DNA of 64,000 bases from a virus (taxonomy: Duplodnaviria > Caudoviricetes). The notes under the pieces are model-generated. The model was not told where the DNA came from. It worked only from the letters and a program-made list of their open reading frames with translations, and made no database searches. This document shows, one piece after another, positions 1 to 9,500 of the stretch (its first letter is position 1; each line of letters starts with the position of its first letter). The stretch spans positions 160,001 through 224,000 of IMG/VR virus record IMGVR_UViG_2597489997_000001; one strand, written 5' to 3'. Made by a program: the position numbers and the translations under genes.

Positions 1-2
1 TC

Positions 3-113
3 CAGCACGTCAGTCTCAATAAGCTGATTCCTATCGCAACCCAGATGGGAATTGAAATGTCAATCACTACTTCTGCAAGCGGTGTTGATAAAGTAACCAA
101 AATAACTAGGTGA
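3..113 (+). CDS. 3' end of hypothetical protein (truncated by window)
   Basis: Frame 3 is open from the window edge to TGA at 111-113, just before the next ORF. Confidence 0.5.
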   Translation, partial: QHVSLNKLIPIATQMGIEMSITTSASGVDKVTKITR

Positions 114-119
114 GTTATT

Positions 120-587
120 ATGAAAGATAACAACGGTGTTGAGTATTATAATCCATCTGGGGTGGATGTCTGGTTTGCCCGTTACGAATTAAAAGCACCT
201 GGAGATCCAACCCCCATGTTCTTTGATATCTGGGGAGCTGGTTTAGCCAACCCTAGTAGTAAACCCAGCATGCTGGAAACGCCCCTGGTAGATATAGTAG
301 ATGATATTCCAATGACTGTTATCGATTGTTTTGGGATATTCACAGAAGCAGAAAGGGAAGCGCATAAGGCATGGTTAGTACCCAATCTAACTCCGCAATT
401 CGCTCCTATTCCTTTTGTTCTTCGTGAGCCTACTGATTCATTAGGAATGAGTAAAGTAGTCTGTACTCCCGTTCAGTACGGTGAGAAGAACTATCTTAGT
501 TATAAACCAGTGGGTGATGATTACATCCTCCAAGAAGGAGAACGGTTCGTAAAACCTAAGAACCCTTCTTTCCCAACTAAATTCTGA
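120..587 (+). CDS. hypothetical phage protein
   Basis: 155-aa ORF, AGGTGAG RBS-like sequence, tight packing. Confidence 0.75.
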   Translation: MKDNNGVEYYNPSGVDVWFARYELKAPGDPTPMFFDIWGAGLANPSSKPSMLETPLVDIVDDIPMTVIDCFGIFTEAEREAHKAWLVPNLTPQFAPIPFVLREPTDSLGMSKVVCTPVQYGEKNYLSYKPVGDDYILQEGERFVKPKNPSFPTKF

Positions 588-594
588 GGTAATA

Positions 595-1572
595 ATGAGC
601 AAGCAGATTTGGAACCACAGTCCTTTCGTCCACAGTGAGTGGGTGGAGTTTACCGGACTACGTTTTAAGAACCCGTACATGCTCCGTCTTAAAGATGGTC
701 GTGAACTACCAGGCTATCCCAATGCAGGTGCTTGGGCAGTTGAGTATAATGCCTGGATCGAGGATAGTGAGGTAACTCACATCATGCCTTTACCCGATAA
801 CTATCCTGGGCTGGGTCGCCAAATGCCCGGTGGTTTCAGGATTGCTCGTGACATCGAGTATTTCGGTAAGCGCTATCCTGTTTGGTGCGGAACCAAAGAT
901 GGGTTTGTCAGAGAAAACCAAATCCCTAAAGGAAAGGAAATTCTCCCAATCCGTATCATGGCTTACCGCGATAAGAAAGATACCACCAAGAAGGTTCATC
1001 TCTTCGTTACCCAGGGTTTGTTAGTTGATATTCATCCTTCTAATGTATCTCTGGAGTCAATGCAGAAATATACCGAAGTCCCTGGATTCTGGCCCGATGA
1101 CGACGTTCAGGTATTGTCGTGTGACGAACTGGTACACTGTATCAACAATGCAGCTGTGTACAAACAGTTAGAGTCCACAGAACCATTAGTCCCAGAGATC
1201 ACTAAGTATCTCCGCGAGGTTATTGGTTTGACTCCTCAACGATATCTTCCATTATTCGGGTTTGTGGTAACTCAGTGGAAAAAGGATAAGGAAGATTTCT
1301 GCCGTCAATTAGAAATGGGAATGATCGTCCAAGATAAAGTCAAAGACCGCATGGAGCAATGGCGTATCCTGGAGAAACCCAAGCTTACTAAGACTGCCCG
1401 CGCCAAGTTAATTAACTTAAGTCGTGGTCCTGAGGTAGATAAAACCTTCACCATTGAAATGTTGGAAATATCTAACTTCCTTAAGAACCCTCTCATTCTT
1501 CCTCCGGTCAAGTGGGAAGGAGCGAGTCGAGTATTCAATCCAGCTCATTATTTGAACTCACCTGGCCAATAA
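595..1572 (+). CDS. hypothetical phage protein
   Basis: 325-aa ORF, GAGGT RBS. Confidence 0.8.
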   Translation: MSKQIWNHSPFVHSEWVEFTGLRFKNPYMLRLKDGRELPGYPNAGAWAVEYNAWIEDSEVTHIMPLPDNYPGLGRQMPGGFRIARDIEYFGKRYPVWCGTKDGFVRENQIPKGKEILPIRIMAYRDKKDTTKKVHLFVTQGLLVDIHPSNVSLESMQKYTEVPGFWPDDDVQVLSCDELVHCINNAAVYKQLESTEPLVPEITKYLREVIGLTPQRYLPLFGFVVTQWKKDKEDFCRQLEMGMIVQDKVKDRMEQWRILEKPKLTKTARAKLINLSRGPEVDKTFTIEMLEISNFLKNPLILPPVKWEGASRVFNPAHYLNSPGQ

Positions 1573-1580
1573 GGAATCGC

Positions 1581-1934
1581 ATGAGCATAACTAAAATAAG
1601 ATCGGGTGTCCGTGTCTCTGGGTCTTTAAAAACCCTTGATATGGATACCAGTATTTTAGCGCTAATAAAAACACGGCTGAGAAGACTGTACTCTGAAGCT
1701 GACCAGTCGGTCTTTGCCTACATCATCAATCCATTAGTGACCACCAGAGCCAATCAGTTATCGGACGATAAGTTCCGCGCTCGTGTTAAGAGTGAATTAC
1801 TGAAGCACGCCCAAATGGTGTTCCCTGATCGTAATTATACCGAGGTTAGTGATTACTCGGTGTTGTATAATGCGATTGTTGATTTCATTAAGGAGCGCAA
1901 CGATAAGATCAGCGCCTACCAAAGGAATAAATGA
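1581..1934 (+). CDS. hypothetical protein
   Basis: ATG 1581 after AAGGA (start moved from 1512). Confidence 0.7.
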   Translation: MSITKIRSGVRVSGSLKTLDMDTSILALIKTRLRRLYSEADQSVFAYIINPLVTTRANQLSDDKFRARVKSELLKHAQMVFPDRNYTEVSDYSVLYNAIVDFIKERNDKISAYQRNK

Positions 1935-2185
1935 TGGAAATAAACTTATATGTTGCTATGGGGTTAGTATTCTTGGTTGGCTCGGTACTTCTTATTAGTG
2001 AGGTAGTGTTTAGCTATACCCATTACGCTCGAGTGGAGCCGAGGATGTCATACGAAGAGGATGTCCGTTATTCGCGCATTCTTAAAGAGATGTTGTTCCG
2101 GCGAATATTAATTATTGGCATTGCAGTTAGTGTGAGTGAAGCACTCCTCATCGCTATGCAATTAGCCAACGTCTTTTATAAATAG
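1931..2185 (+). CDS. small two-TM membrane protein
   Basis: Two hydrophobic segments; ATGA overlap with upstream ORF. Confidence 0.7.
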   Translation: MMEINLYVAMGLVFLVGSVLLISEVVFSYTHYARVEPRMSYEEDVRYSRILKEMLFRRILIIGIAVSVSEALLIAMQLANVFYK

Positions 2186-2194
2186 AGGGAATTT

Positions 2195-2440
2195 GTGCTC
2201 AATCTCATTTTAGCTTTTTCCATGGTTGCGGCAGTAGTTATGTTTGTAGCTGTGCTTGTGATGGAATCTATTTTCCTTGCAAGAGATCTCGGTCGACGTA
2301 TTAAGAATATCCCAGAGTCAGTTCGCTCTTTCCACCGTGCTTGGTTAATCAAGACGTTCCTTGTAAGGATGGGTGGTATGGGTGTTATCTTATTCCTGAT
2401 TGAATCAGTAGGTTGGACTTATATTTATCAAACATTATAG
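2195..2440 (+). CDS. small two-TM membrane protein
   Basis: GTG start after GAGGG; two hydrophobic segments; layout like 1931..2185. Confidence 0.7.
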   Translation: MLNLILAFSMVAAVVMFVAVLVMESIFLARDLGRRIKNIPESVRSFHRAWLIKTFLVRMGGMGVILFLIESVGWTYIYQTL

Positions 2441-2448
2441 AGAGCGCT

Positions 2449-3054
2449 ATGAGTAAATACCCAAGTATCGAAGCTGCATTGGTGGATGGACCCGGATCTA
2501 TGACCGGTAGCATTAACGAAGCATTCAGTGTTGGTGTGATGCGTGAGATCGGTGATTCTATCGATGGCGGATTAACCAGTTGGCTGAATGAAGTTGGTGT
2601 ACCTCGTCGTTTTCACTTTGCTTTCAAGGTGAAACGTCTGAAGAGTTTAATGGTGGATGATGTTAGCACCCACTCATTCCTCTCTTTACTTAAAGAAACC
2701 TTCAAGCTTCAATACGGGGATTGGATCTCCCTTATTCACATTGATCCGCCAGAGAAGTATAACTCTTCTCATTTACAGAAATTCCTGATGTTTACCGTCT
2801 ACAGTGCATTACTTGAAGATCTTAAAGATCATCATGCAGCGTTCAAGTCTACGCTGGTGTACCTCGATGATATTGAACATCATGTAAATCTGTTTAATCG
2901 TGTTCTTTCTAACTTACCTGATGCGACTATCATTGATGAAGTTATTATCAGCCAGGAGGTTGTACGGAGAGCAGCTAGAACACTTATCGATAAAGGCGTT
3001 ATGCAATTAACCTGGGATACAATTGAATATCGTCAAGGTATTATACTGAGCTAA
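2449..3054 (+). CDS. hypothetical protein
   Basis: ATG 2449 (MSKYPS); ORF ends just before a terminator. Confidence 0.7.
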   Translation: MSKYPSIEAALVDGPGSMTGSINEAFSVGVMREIGDSIDGGLTSWLNEVGVPRRFHFAFKVKRLKSLMVDDVSTHSFLSLLKETFKLQYGDWISLIHIDPPEKYNSSHLQKFLMFTVYSALLEDLKDHHAAFKSTLVYLDDIEHHVNLFNRVLSNLPDATIIDEVIISQEVVRRAARTLIDKGVMQLTWDTIEYRQGIILS

Positions 3055-3059
3055 CATAC

Positions 3060-3088
3060 GAGAACCTACCCGTAATGGGTAGGTTCTC
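3060..3088 (+). terminator. intrinsic terminator hairpin (CATA-hairpin-TATG type)
   Basis: GAGAACCTACCC-GTAAT-GGGTAGGTTCTC followed by a T-rich tract. Confidence 0.85.
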
Positions 3089-3097
3089 TATTATGTT
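3060..3097. repeat. 38-bp element, copy 1 (exact inverted copy at 18282-18319)
   Basis: Reverse complement AACATAATAGAGAACCTACCCATTACGGGTAGGTTCTC is identical to 18282-18319. Confidence 0.9.
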
Positions 3098-3121
3098 GTT
3101 TGTTTTTCTTTTCGGTATAAA

Positions 3122-3152
3122 TTTACAGGCAGATATTATCCTAGTGTATAAC
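3122..3152 (+). promoter_or_regulatory. phage early promoter motif
   Basis: TTTACAGGCAGATATTATCCTAGTGTATAAC; one of six aligned intergenic copies. Confidence 0.8.
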
Positions 3153-3176
3153 CGCAAACATTTAACCTGGAGATAA

Positions 3177-4181
3177 ATGATGGATAAGAAAATTGGGTAC
3201 ATTACCAAACCAGTCATGCCCGTAGCAAACTGGGAAGAAGAATTGAAACACTTTGGTATTTTAAGTGACTGTGTCACCGTTGCGGAATTGGAAAGCATCA
3301 AACCAATTCGTAGTGATTACGATTCCTGGATCTTCAATGTTCCGACCGAACTCATGGAGCGTATCAATGCACGTATCCTTGAAATGGGAATCACCCGCGA
3401 AGAAGCTGAAACCATAGTTGGTAAAATGGTTGCTTGGGTTCAGTATTCATCCAGTACAGGTGCGGTGTATGAATTGGACTCTGTTCCCAAAATGAAGTTA
3501 TCTCCCGAGTTTTCTTGGGCAGACTTCAAACCTAATCCAAATCTACATCGTATTAATGCGGACGCTTCTGATGTCGAAATCAAAGGTGTTCATTTGAAAT
3601 CGTCACGTCCAACGGCTCGTGACAAGGTCATGGTTATGTTAGCCACTTTGTCAGAACTCGAATTACAAGACGACTTCCCAGGTGTGGAACATGATGTCTT
3701 GGAATATGTGGCTTATTGGGGCAATGATGATTATGTCATGGGTGCTGATATGGGGAAATACCTCGAGTCGGTCACCATAGATGGTAAAGCAGTGCATCCT
3801 CGTCACTACATCTACTGCAAACCACAGAAAGCTGTTATCTGGTTGGGTTACGAATTACTTCGTGGTAACCGCCCACAGGTGGTTCTGAAACATGATCCAG
3901 AAAACGACCTCCGTGAGTTCATTGGTTTGCCTGACGACCATCCGCTGAAGAAAGGGGTACTTGCCTTAGCCCGCGAGAACCGTGTAACAGGTAAAACACT
4001 TTACCGTGAAGTTGCCTTATCTGGTGGCTTCCCACTAGGTCGGTCTTTTGCCGAACCATGTACTGAACAATTTGTTGATGACCGACCTGAAACCATCAAA
4101 GGTAACAGTCGCCAGCGCATCGTCGATAATGGTAAACATAAATGGCCAGCTGCCAAAACTCGGAAAGGACATCGCAAATGA
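3177..4181 (+). CDS. hypothetical early protein with basic C-terminal WP...KGHR tail
   Basis: 334-aa ORF, GGAG RBS, first gene after promoter. Confidence 0.8.
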   Translation: MMDKKIGYITKPVMPVANWEEELKHFGILSDCVTVAELESIKPIRSDYDSWIFNVPTELMERINARILEMGITREEAETIVGKMVAWVQYSSSTGAVYELDSVPKMKLSPEFSWADFKPNPNLHRINADASDVEIKGVHLKSSRPTARDKVMVMLATLSELELQDDFPGVEHDVLEYVAYWGNDDYVMGADMGKYLESVTIDGKAVHPRHYIYCKPQKAVIWLGYELLRGNRPQVVLKHDPENDLREFIGLPDDHPLKKGVLALARENRVTGKTLYREVALSGGFPLGRSFAEPCTEQFVDDRPETIKGNSRQRIVDNGKHKWPAAKTRKGHRK

Positions 4182-4435
4182 AAGACACAATCAACACTTT
4201 AACCCATGCGGCATTATTGGCAGTGGGTAAGAAAATGAGAGAGCAGGGTATCTCTGGGGGACTTATTTCAGATATACACTTCAGTCACCTCAGAAGACAA
4301 CAGCCTATCTTTGACCAACCGCGCGGTATTGATCTCCCCACCAATGACGGGTTCCAAGAGAAACGAAATCGTCAAGTACGTCAGGGTAAGAAATCTGCCT
4401 GGCCAGTTCCTCGTGGGAAGGGGCATCGTTATTAA
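4178..4435 (+). CDS. small basic protein with the same C-terminal WP...KGHR tail
   Basis: ATGA overlap; AAGGA RBS. Confidence 0.75.
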   Translation: MKDTINTLTHAALLAVGKKMREQGISGGLISDIHFSHLRRQQPIFDQPRGIDLPTNDGFQEKRNRQVRQGKKSAWPVPRGKGHRY

Positions 4436-4581
4436 TGAAATATGCTTTGGAGTACATAAGTAAGAAACGTGCGACACAACGGTGGTATCAGTCTCCGGAG
4501 TTTAGCGTGTTTCTTATTATATTAATCGCTACGGTCATTTCTCTGGCCGTAACTTATTTTGTCTATCGAGGACAGCCGTAA
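4435..4581 (+). CDS. 48-aa single-TM membrane protein (absent from ORF track)
   Basis: TAATG overlaps at both ends; MKYALEYISKKRATQRWYQSPEFSVFLIILIATVISLAVTYFVYRGQP. Confidence 0.7.
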   Translation: MKYALEYISKKRATQRWYQSPEFSVFLIILIATVISLAVTYFVYRGQP

Positions 4582-4904
4582 TGAAGTTGACAGGTCCAAA
4601 GGTGAAGGCAGATTTAATCAAAGGAATTATTATTTTGATTATCTGTTTGTTTTCCGTAATCATCGGGTTCACCTACATAGGTTATAAAGAAGAACATCGC
4701 CGTATCGAAAAAGGTGTTAATATTTTAACTGGAATGGGGTACAACAAAACCGAAATCATCAAAGGCAAAGCAGTGTGCCCTAAAGGTGAATACGGACGCT
4801 GGTATCACGCTGTCAATAAAGACGGTAAAGAAGAACGCGGTGTACTGTGTGTAACCGGGGACACTGGATTACCATACACCATCCCTGCTCCTAAGGATAA
4901 ATAA
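4581..4904 (+). CDS. membrane-anchored protein with small two-Cys exported domain
   Basis: N-terminal TM helix, then CPKG...GVLC. Confidence 0.75.
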   Translation: MKLTGPKVKADLIKGIIILIICLFSVIIGFTYIGYKEEHRRIEKGVNILTGMGYNKTEIIKGKAVCPKGEYGRWYHAVNKDGKEERGVLCVTGDTGLPYTIPAPKDK

Positions 4905-5141
4905 ATGCAATCTGAATTACTCATTTTAATTCTGTCTCAGGTCACCCTTACCGGGATTGTACTCATCCTGGCTGTTCTGGAGGTGGCTAAAATGTATCAC
5001 CGTATGTTCTATGCTGGAGAGGATGCTCGTAAAGCTAAGAGTGCCGTGGATAACTGTAAACACCAGCTCTGGACCATCATGGGTATCTACATGGTCCTGA
5101 CTGTGGTCCAGTTCTACAAATCGGGCATTCCTATTTTCTAA
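4905..5141 (+). CDS. small two-TM membrane protein
   Basis: Two hydrophobic segments; AAGGA RBS. Confidence 0.7.
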   Translation: MQSELLILILSQVTLTGIVLILAVLEVAKMYHRMFYAGEDARKAKSAVDNCKHQLWTIMGIYMVLTVVQFYKSGIPIF

Positions 5142-5153
5142 CCAGAGGTAACT

Positions 5154-5825
5154 ATGACACAGTTAGTTGAAGGACCAAACTTCGCATATTCAAATTGCGG
5201 AATTGATATGGTTATTCCTTTCCACCCAAGGGTATACCATCTCGTTGATAAGATCCACCTTAATACGTGGGCTGCAATCTTTTCGGTAGCATTATATAAC
5301 GTTGCCCATGAAGGTGAAGAACAAATCAACGAACGCAGTTTTATTCAGGATTCTATTATGCATCTTGAATTCGGATATGAACGACATACGGTCGCTGCTG
5401 ACATCGCTCAGTATCTTGCCAATACTCGTGACTTGTTAAAGATGTATTACATGCAGTGCGTCAATGACTATGTAATCAAAGCCATGAATATTGATAAGAC
5501 CAAATCCTCTACTCAATCTGGGGACTATACAGTAAGGAAGATTATTCATTACTGGCTGCGTACTGAGCTGAGTCATTTATGTGGAAAATCAACCCACCAT
5601 ACTACCTGGAGTACGGTATCTGATTTGTTCAAAGATCATGGTGTGTTGCTCCCAGCTATCTGGCTGGAAACATTTGGGTTATATGCTGAAGAACCAATTA
5701 GTCCGTTCGCCCAACTTGCGGCTGCTTCAATGAACGGTGATGATGTTACGACTATTGATGTCAGGGTGACTAACACTGATACCGGTGTTCATTTCGAAAC
5801 CATGGACAATGGTAGTTCTGAATAA
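5154..5825 (+). CDS. hypothetical protein
   Basis: 223-aa ORF, GAGGT RBS. Confidence 0.75.
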   Translation: MTQLVEGPNFAYSNCGIDMVIPFHPRVYHLVDKIHLNTWAAIFSVALYNVAHEGEEQINERSFIQDSIMHLEFGYERHTVAADIAQYLANTRDLLKMYYMQCVNDYVIKAMNIDKTKSSTQSGDYTVRKIIHYWLRTELSHLCGKSTHHTTWSTVSDLFKDHGVLLPAIWLETFGLYAEEPISPFAQLAAASMNGDDVTTIDVRVTNTDTGVHFETMDNGSSE

Positions 5826-5847
5826 TAGTTCGATTTCAGGAGCTTTA

Positions 5848-6186
5848 ATGGCGACAATTCAATTTAAAGATGTAGATTTCTTTGGTCTAAAGTTGTTGGA
5901 TAAAGAGAACTGCCGTTTCTGTGTTAGATCCGGTAAAGCCTTTATGTATATTAATAATCAACGTTTTGATTTTGAAGATACTCCGGCAACAACAGAAATC
6001 ACTAAGTTCGGTTTAGACTTTGAAGCAGTAAACATGGACACCAGTAAAGATGTCACTGTTGAAGGCTTCATTTTCTTCTGGCAAAAAGAATCCTTTTATG
6101 CCGCCGCAATTATTGACCTTAAACGTAAACACCCACCTATCGTTATCCGGGCCGGTGATGCTTTAAAGGAAATAGAAAATGAATGA
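5848..6186 (+). CDS. hypothetical protein
   Basis: ATG 5848 after AGGAG. Confidence 0.7.
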   Translation: MATIQFKDVDFFGLKLLDKENCRFCVRSGKAFMYINNQRFDFEDTPATTEITKFGLDFEAVNMDTSKDVTVEGFIFFWQKESFYAAAIIDLKRKHPPIVIRAGDALKEIENE

Positions 6187-6646
6187 CATGAAGAAAACCG
6201 AAGATGGGTATTACCAGTTGAGTGTCGGCGGACTTGATATAGAAAATGACAATGGTCGTATCTATCTCTCGCCAGGCGACTTTGATGACGATACTTATCC
6301 TGTTGACCATAAAGAATTGGCGATGGCTCAACAAGTAAGTAACCTGACTGCTGAGAACTATCAGAAGTTACGTGATGCGACTACTTACGAAGAACGTCTT
6401 GTCATTATCGAAGATGTTGCTACCTACAACCGCAGTAAGTTCAAATCCCTATCTAAACGTCGTAAGAAAATCTTTATAAAAGGATTTACGCATTACGACA
6501 TCAGAACGGGTGATTTGATTCACTATAATAACCGTGGATCCATCTGGGTATTCCCAGCTCCAATAACTCACACCTTCGTGGAGAAGACCGGTATACCGTT
6601 CGAGAACATGATGGGTGCCTGGGTTAGCGAGTTGATGCATCCATAA
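6179..6646 (+). CDS. hypothetical protein
   Basis: 155-aa ORF overlapping upstream stop, AAGGA RBS. Confidence 0.7.
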   Translation: MNDMKKTEDGYYQLSVGGLDIENDNGRIYLSPGDFDDDTYPVDHKELAMAQQVSNLTAENYQKLRDATTYEERLVIIEDVATYNRSKFKSLSKRRKKIFIKGFTHYDIRTGDLIHYNNRGSIWVFPAPITHTFVEKTGIPFENMMGAWVSELMHP

Positions 6647-6700
6647 TACGTTTCAATCAACTGGAGTAATGCTCCGAAATATAACCACCAAGAGGTAATT

Positions 6701-7153
6701 ATGTTTAAAGCAATTTGGAAAGGCGTTAAGTGGTTCTTCAAGCAACCGGATGATTCCAAACTTCCGGTACGCGGAAAACCGATGTTCTCCCAACCAGGTC
6801 AGGTTCCTCGTGTAGGAACTAACATCCCAGTCAACCGTAATGTTGAAGGACGGTTGGTTGCTGGTGAGAAAGAACAAGGGATTATGAGCTCTTATGCTCA
6901 AATGGTTGCTCTGACCAATTCTGACACGCAAGCTATTGAGCTGGCTCAGTCTAAACGTTTTGGTCCGCATGCATTAACCGAAGCTGAAATCGAGTACGTA
7001 CTGGAGAACTCCGATATCGCTCACCAAAAGGACAAAGTTATTAAGGCAATCAACCTGGCACTGAACTTCCAATATGCCCGCTATACCACGGTCATTGACG
7101 AAGCCATTGCAAAGATTGATGCCGTTATCGAGCAGCCTTCTGTAGATAAATAA
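6701..7153 (+). CDS. hypothetical protein
   Basis: 150-aa ORF, GAGGT RBS. Confidence 0.75.
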   Translation: MFKAIWKGVKWFFKQPDDSKLPVRGKPMFSQPGQVPRVGTNIPVNRNVEGRLVAGEKEQGIMSSYAQMVALTNSDTQAIELAQSKRFGPHALTEAEIEYVLENSDIAHQKDKVIKAINLALNFQYARYTTVIDEAIAKIDAVIEQPSVDK

Positions 7154-7180
7154 CTTTCCAGTTTTAAAGCACTAAAATCA

Positions 7181-7213
7181 GGATAGGGTGGTGAAATACC
7201 ACTCTATCTTTTT
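7181..7213 (+). terminator. intrinsic terminator
   Basis: GGATAGGGTGGT-GAAAT-ACCACTCTATCT then TTTT. Confidence 0.75.
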
Positions 7214-7249
7214 CCCACCTATTCTTTTTAATTTGTAAGGATTAGTGTA

Positions 7250-8686
7250 ATGACTAAGAAAGTAAAGAACAGTTCTCAGCCCGGTAGCCTGAATAAAGCG
7301 CTCCCTGAGAAAGCAAAGAAGGCCGTTGATACCATCGTTGACGATATTAAAAAGGCTGATGGCGAACTGGACAACAGCCAAGACTCGTTTGGGTTTGGTG
7401 GTATTACGGTTGAAGCTAAACCAGCTAAGCCATTCGAAGCGACCGTCGTTGAGCCTGTGAATATCCCGCAGCGGTTTTCCAAATATGGCCGTCGTGTTGA
7501 CATAACCAGAAAGCCAGAACTTATCGTGGGTGGTAAGGAAATCGAGCTGGTTGTATTAAAACCGGAAGAGTATCCGCGTGCTCTCAGCAGTACGTTCTAT
7601 AACCACGATAAAGACAATATCCTGGTTGCTCCTCGTGATACATCCAAGCACTCTGTAGCACATCCAGGTTGCACTCTCGAGCGTAAAGACTTAAAGGTTT
7701 ATAAGGCCATTGTCAATGGTACTGAAATCTTTATGACCGCAGGTTCTTCTCTGATCGTTAAGGAAACTGTCGTCAAAAATGGCTGCTCTGACCCGTGGGA
7801 TCTTGAAGAAGGATTTAATTCCACTTCTATCAAAGATCAAGACCCAGTCCTGGTTCTTATTGGTTCGGAATTAACCACCAGTTTATTGAACGTCAACGGG
7901 TATAACTTGTTGAACAACTCTTCTCTGGAGTCCAAGACAACATACCTGATGAATTCTCGTGTGATTGCGTCCCGTCTCCACTCTGAAGAGACGATTGACC
8001 TGGATAGCACCAACCTGAACTCCAGCGTTATCTCTGGAACTAAATGGTTGCGTTCTTCTAAGTCTGACTTGGCGTTACTTAACCTCGGGGGTATCCGACA
8101 TATTACTCTCGAGCGGGTTTCTACACGCGGTGATGGTTCGTTCTCTCTGACGACGTGGGCTAATAAAGACCGCTTATCTTTGCGCATTGCCGATATCACA
8201 CTGACAGAATTCAATATGAACTTCTCGTCTGATGATCTGCCGCTGGATAAGAACACCGGACCTGATACGGTAATCAACATTAACCGTCGCGTAGACTATG
8301 GTTACTTCTCGGGGATTATCCACGTTCCATTCATCCGTATCAATAAGTTTGATATGCTGGTTGGTGATAACGTGTTTACTGGTAAAGAGCTGAATCCGAC
8401 TTCCTTCCCTCAAGAAGAGAAGAAAGAAGAACTACTGCCAAATCCGAGCCCGTACGGTTATACTCCTCCTCTGTATCGCCCTGCCCCTTACTCTATGGGT
8501 GGAGCGCGTATGGATGATACCTGGAACAAAGCACGGAAGATCATTTCGTTCCAGGCTGCTGGTCATAACTATTCTGGTAAACAGAACCCACTGGGAACAC
8601 TGGGGGAATCATTGGTTGACACATTAGTCGATCAGATTCGTTCCCGTAACAAACTGTATATTGAACTGTTTTCATTTGTAAAGTAA
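7250..8686 (+). CDS. hypothetical protein, central Ser/Asn/Leu-rich possible beta-solenoid
   Basis: 478-aa ORF; short LxNSx-type repeats mid-protein. Confidence 0.75.
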   Translation: MTKKVKNSSQPGSLNKALPEKAKKAVDTIVDDIKKADGELDNSQDSFGFGGITVEAKPAKPFEATVVEPVNIPQRFSKYGRRVDITRKPELIVGGKEIELVVLKPEEYPRALSSTFYNHDKDNILVAPRDTSKHSVAHPGCTLERKDLKVYKAIVNGTEIFMTAGSSLIVKETVVKNGCSDPWDLEEGFNSTSIKDQDPVLVLIGSELTTSLLNVNGYNLLNNSSLESKTTYLMNSRVIASRLHSEETIDLDSTNLNSSVISGTKWLRSSKSDLALLNLGGIRHITLERVSTRGDGSFSLTTWANKDRLSLRIADITLTEFNMNFSSDDLPLDKNTGPDTVININRRVDYGYFSGIIHVPFIRINKFDMLVGDNVFTGKELNPTSFPQEEKKEELLPNPSPYGYTPPLYRPAPYSMGGARMDDTWNKARKIISFQAAGHNYSGKQNPLGTLGESLVDTLVDQIRSRNKLYIELFSFVK

Positions 8687-8698
8687 GAGAGGTGCATT

Positions 8699-9379
8699 AT
8701 GGAGGCTATTAACAAATTAGTCGCTGAGGAGCTGACTAAGCTAATGCATAGCTTCGGCAACCTGTTCATACATGTTTCGGGTGAGGGTAAGATTGACTTC
8801 CTCCAGAAAGATGGGCCAGGTTGGTTAGGGATGATTAAGTACGTAGTCTCTGGGGATATCGGGTGTATGAAACCTTATAAGGGTTACGACACCTGCGCAC
8901 TTGATCAAGCGATTGATTATCTGCTTAACCTGGAATACGCTCCTCACTTAAACTCATCCGCTAACGAAGAGTTTCTGCCTGATGATGAAACATGGAAGAA
9001 ATTCATCATGGACATTAAGGAAGAATGTTCTTATCAGGGACATCCAAAGCCGAAGTATAAGTTCGAGCTGTTAGGTGGTGATGACGGTAAAACTGTCGTG
9101 ACTACTGTCACACTTGAACCTATCTGCAATGAGTTCATTGTGGGTGAATACAAGGCAAGTCAGAAAGCTGAATTCATCGGAGAGATCGATGATTACGACC
9201 AGCCGAAGATTAATGGGTGTTGGGTGAAGGTTGGTGATAAGATTATCGATATTGAACTCGATAAACTGATTCATTTCCGCCACCGTAAATATCAGCCTCG
9301 TAAAGGGGACTATCTCCTGCACGATGAGAGTAAAGGTGTTTACATCATCCTTCCTCAAGCAGACTACTCAATCCACTAA
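8699..9379 (+). CDS. hypothetical protein
   Basis: 226-aa ORF, GAGGT RBS. Confidence 0.75.
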   Translation: MEAINKLVAEELTKLMHSFGNLFIHVSGEGKIDFLQKDGPGWLGMIKYVVSGDIGCMKPYKGYDTCALDQAIDYLLNLEYAPHLNSSANEEFLPDDETWKKFIMDIKEECSYQGHPKPKYKFELLGGDDGKTVVTTVTLEPICNEFIVGEYKASQKAEFIGEIDDYDQPKINGCWVKVGDKIIDIELDKLIHFRHRKYQPRKGDYLLHDESKGVYIILPQADYSIH

Positions 9380-9386
9380 CGCATAC

Positions 9387-9422
9387 GGTAAGAGGGGCTT
9401 CGGCTCCTCTTACCTATGTTTT
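9387..9422 (+). terminator. intrinsic terminator, UUCG loop, CATA/TATG flanks
   Basis: GGTAAGAGGGGC-TTCG-GCTCCTCTTACC-TATGTTTT. Confidence 0.85.
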
Positions 9423-9434
9423 CATTTGAATTAT

Positions 9435-9465
9435 TTTTTAGCTCTACATTATTAGAGTGTATAAC
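9435..9465 (+). promoter_or_regulatory. phage early promoter motif (variant)
   Basis: TTTTTAGCTCTACATTATTAGAGTGTATAAC; same spacing as the other copies. Confidence 0.7.
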
Positions 9466-9500
9466 TGATACAATTTTACTTACTTATAGAGAAAGGAATT

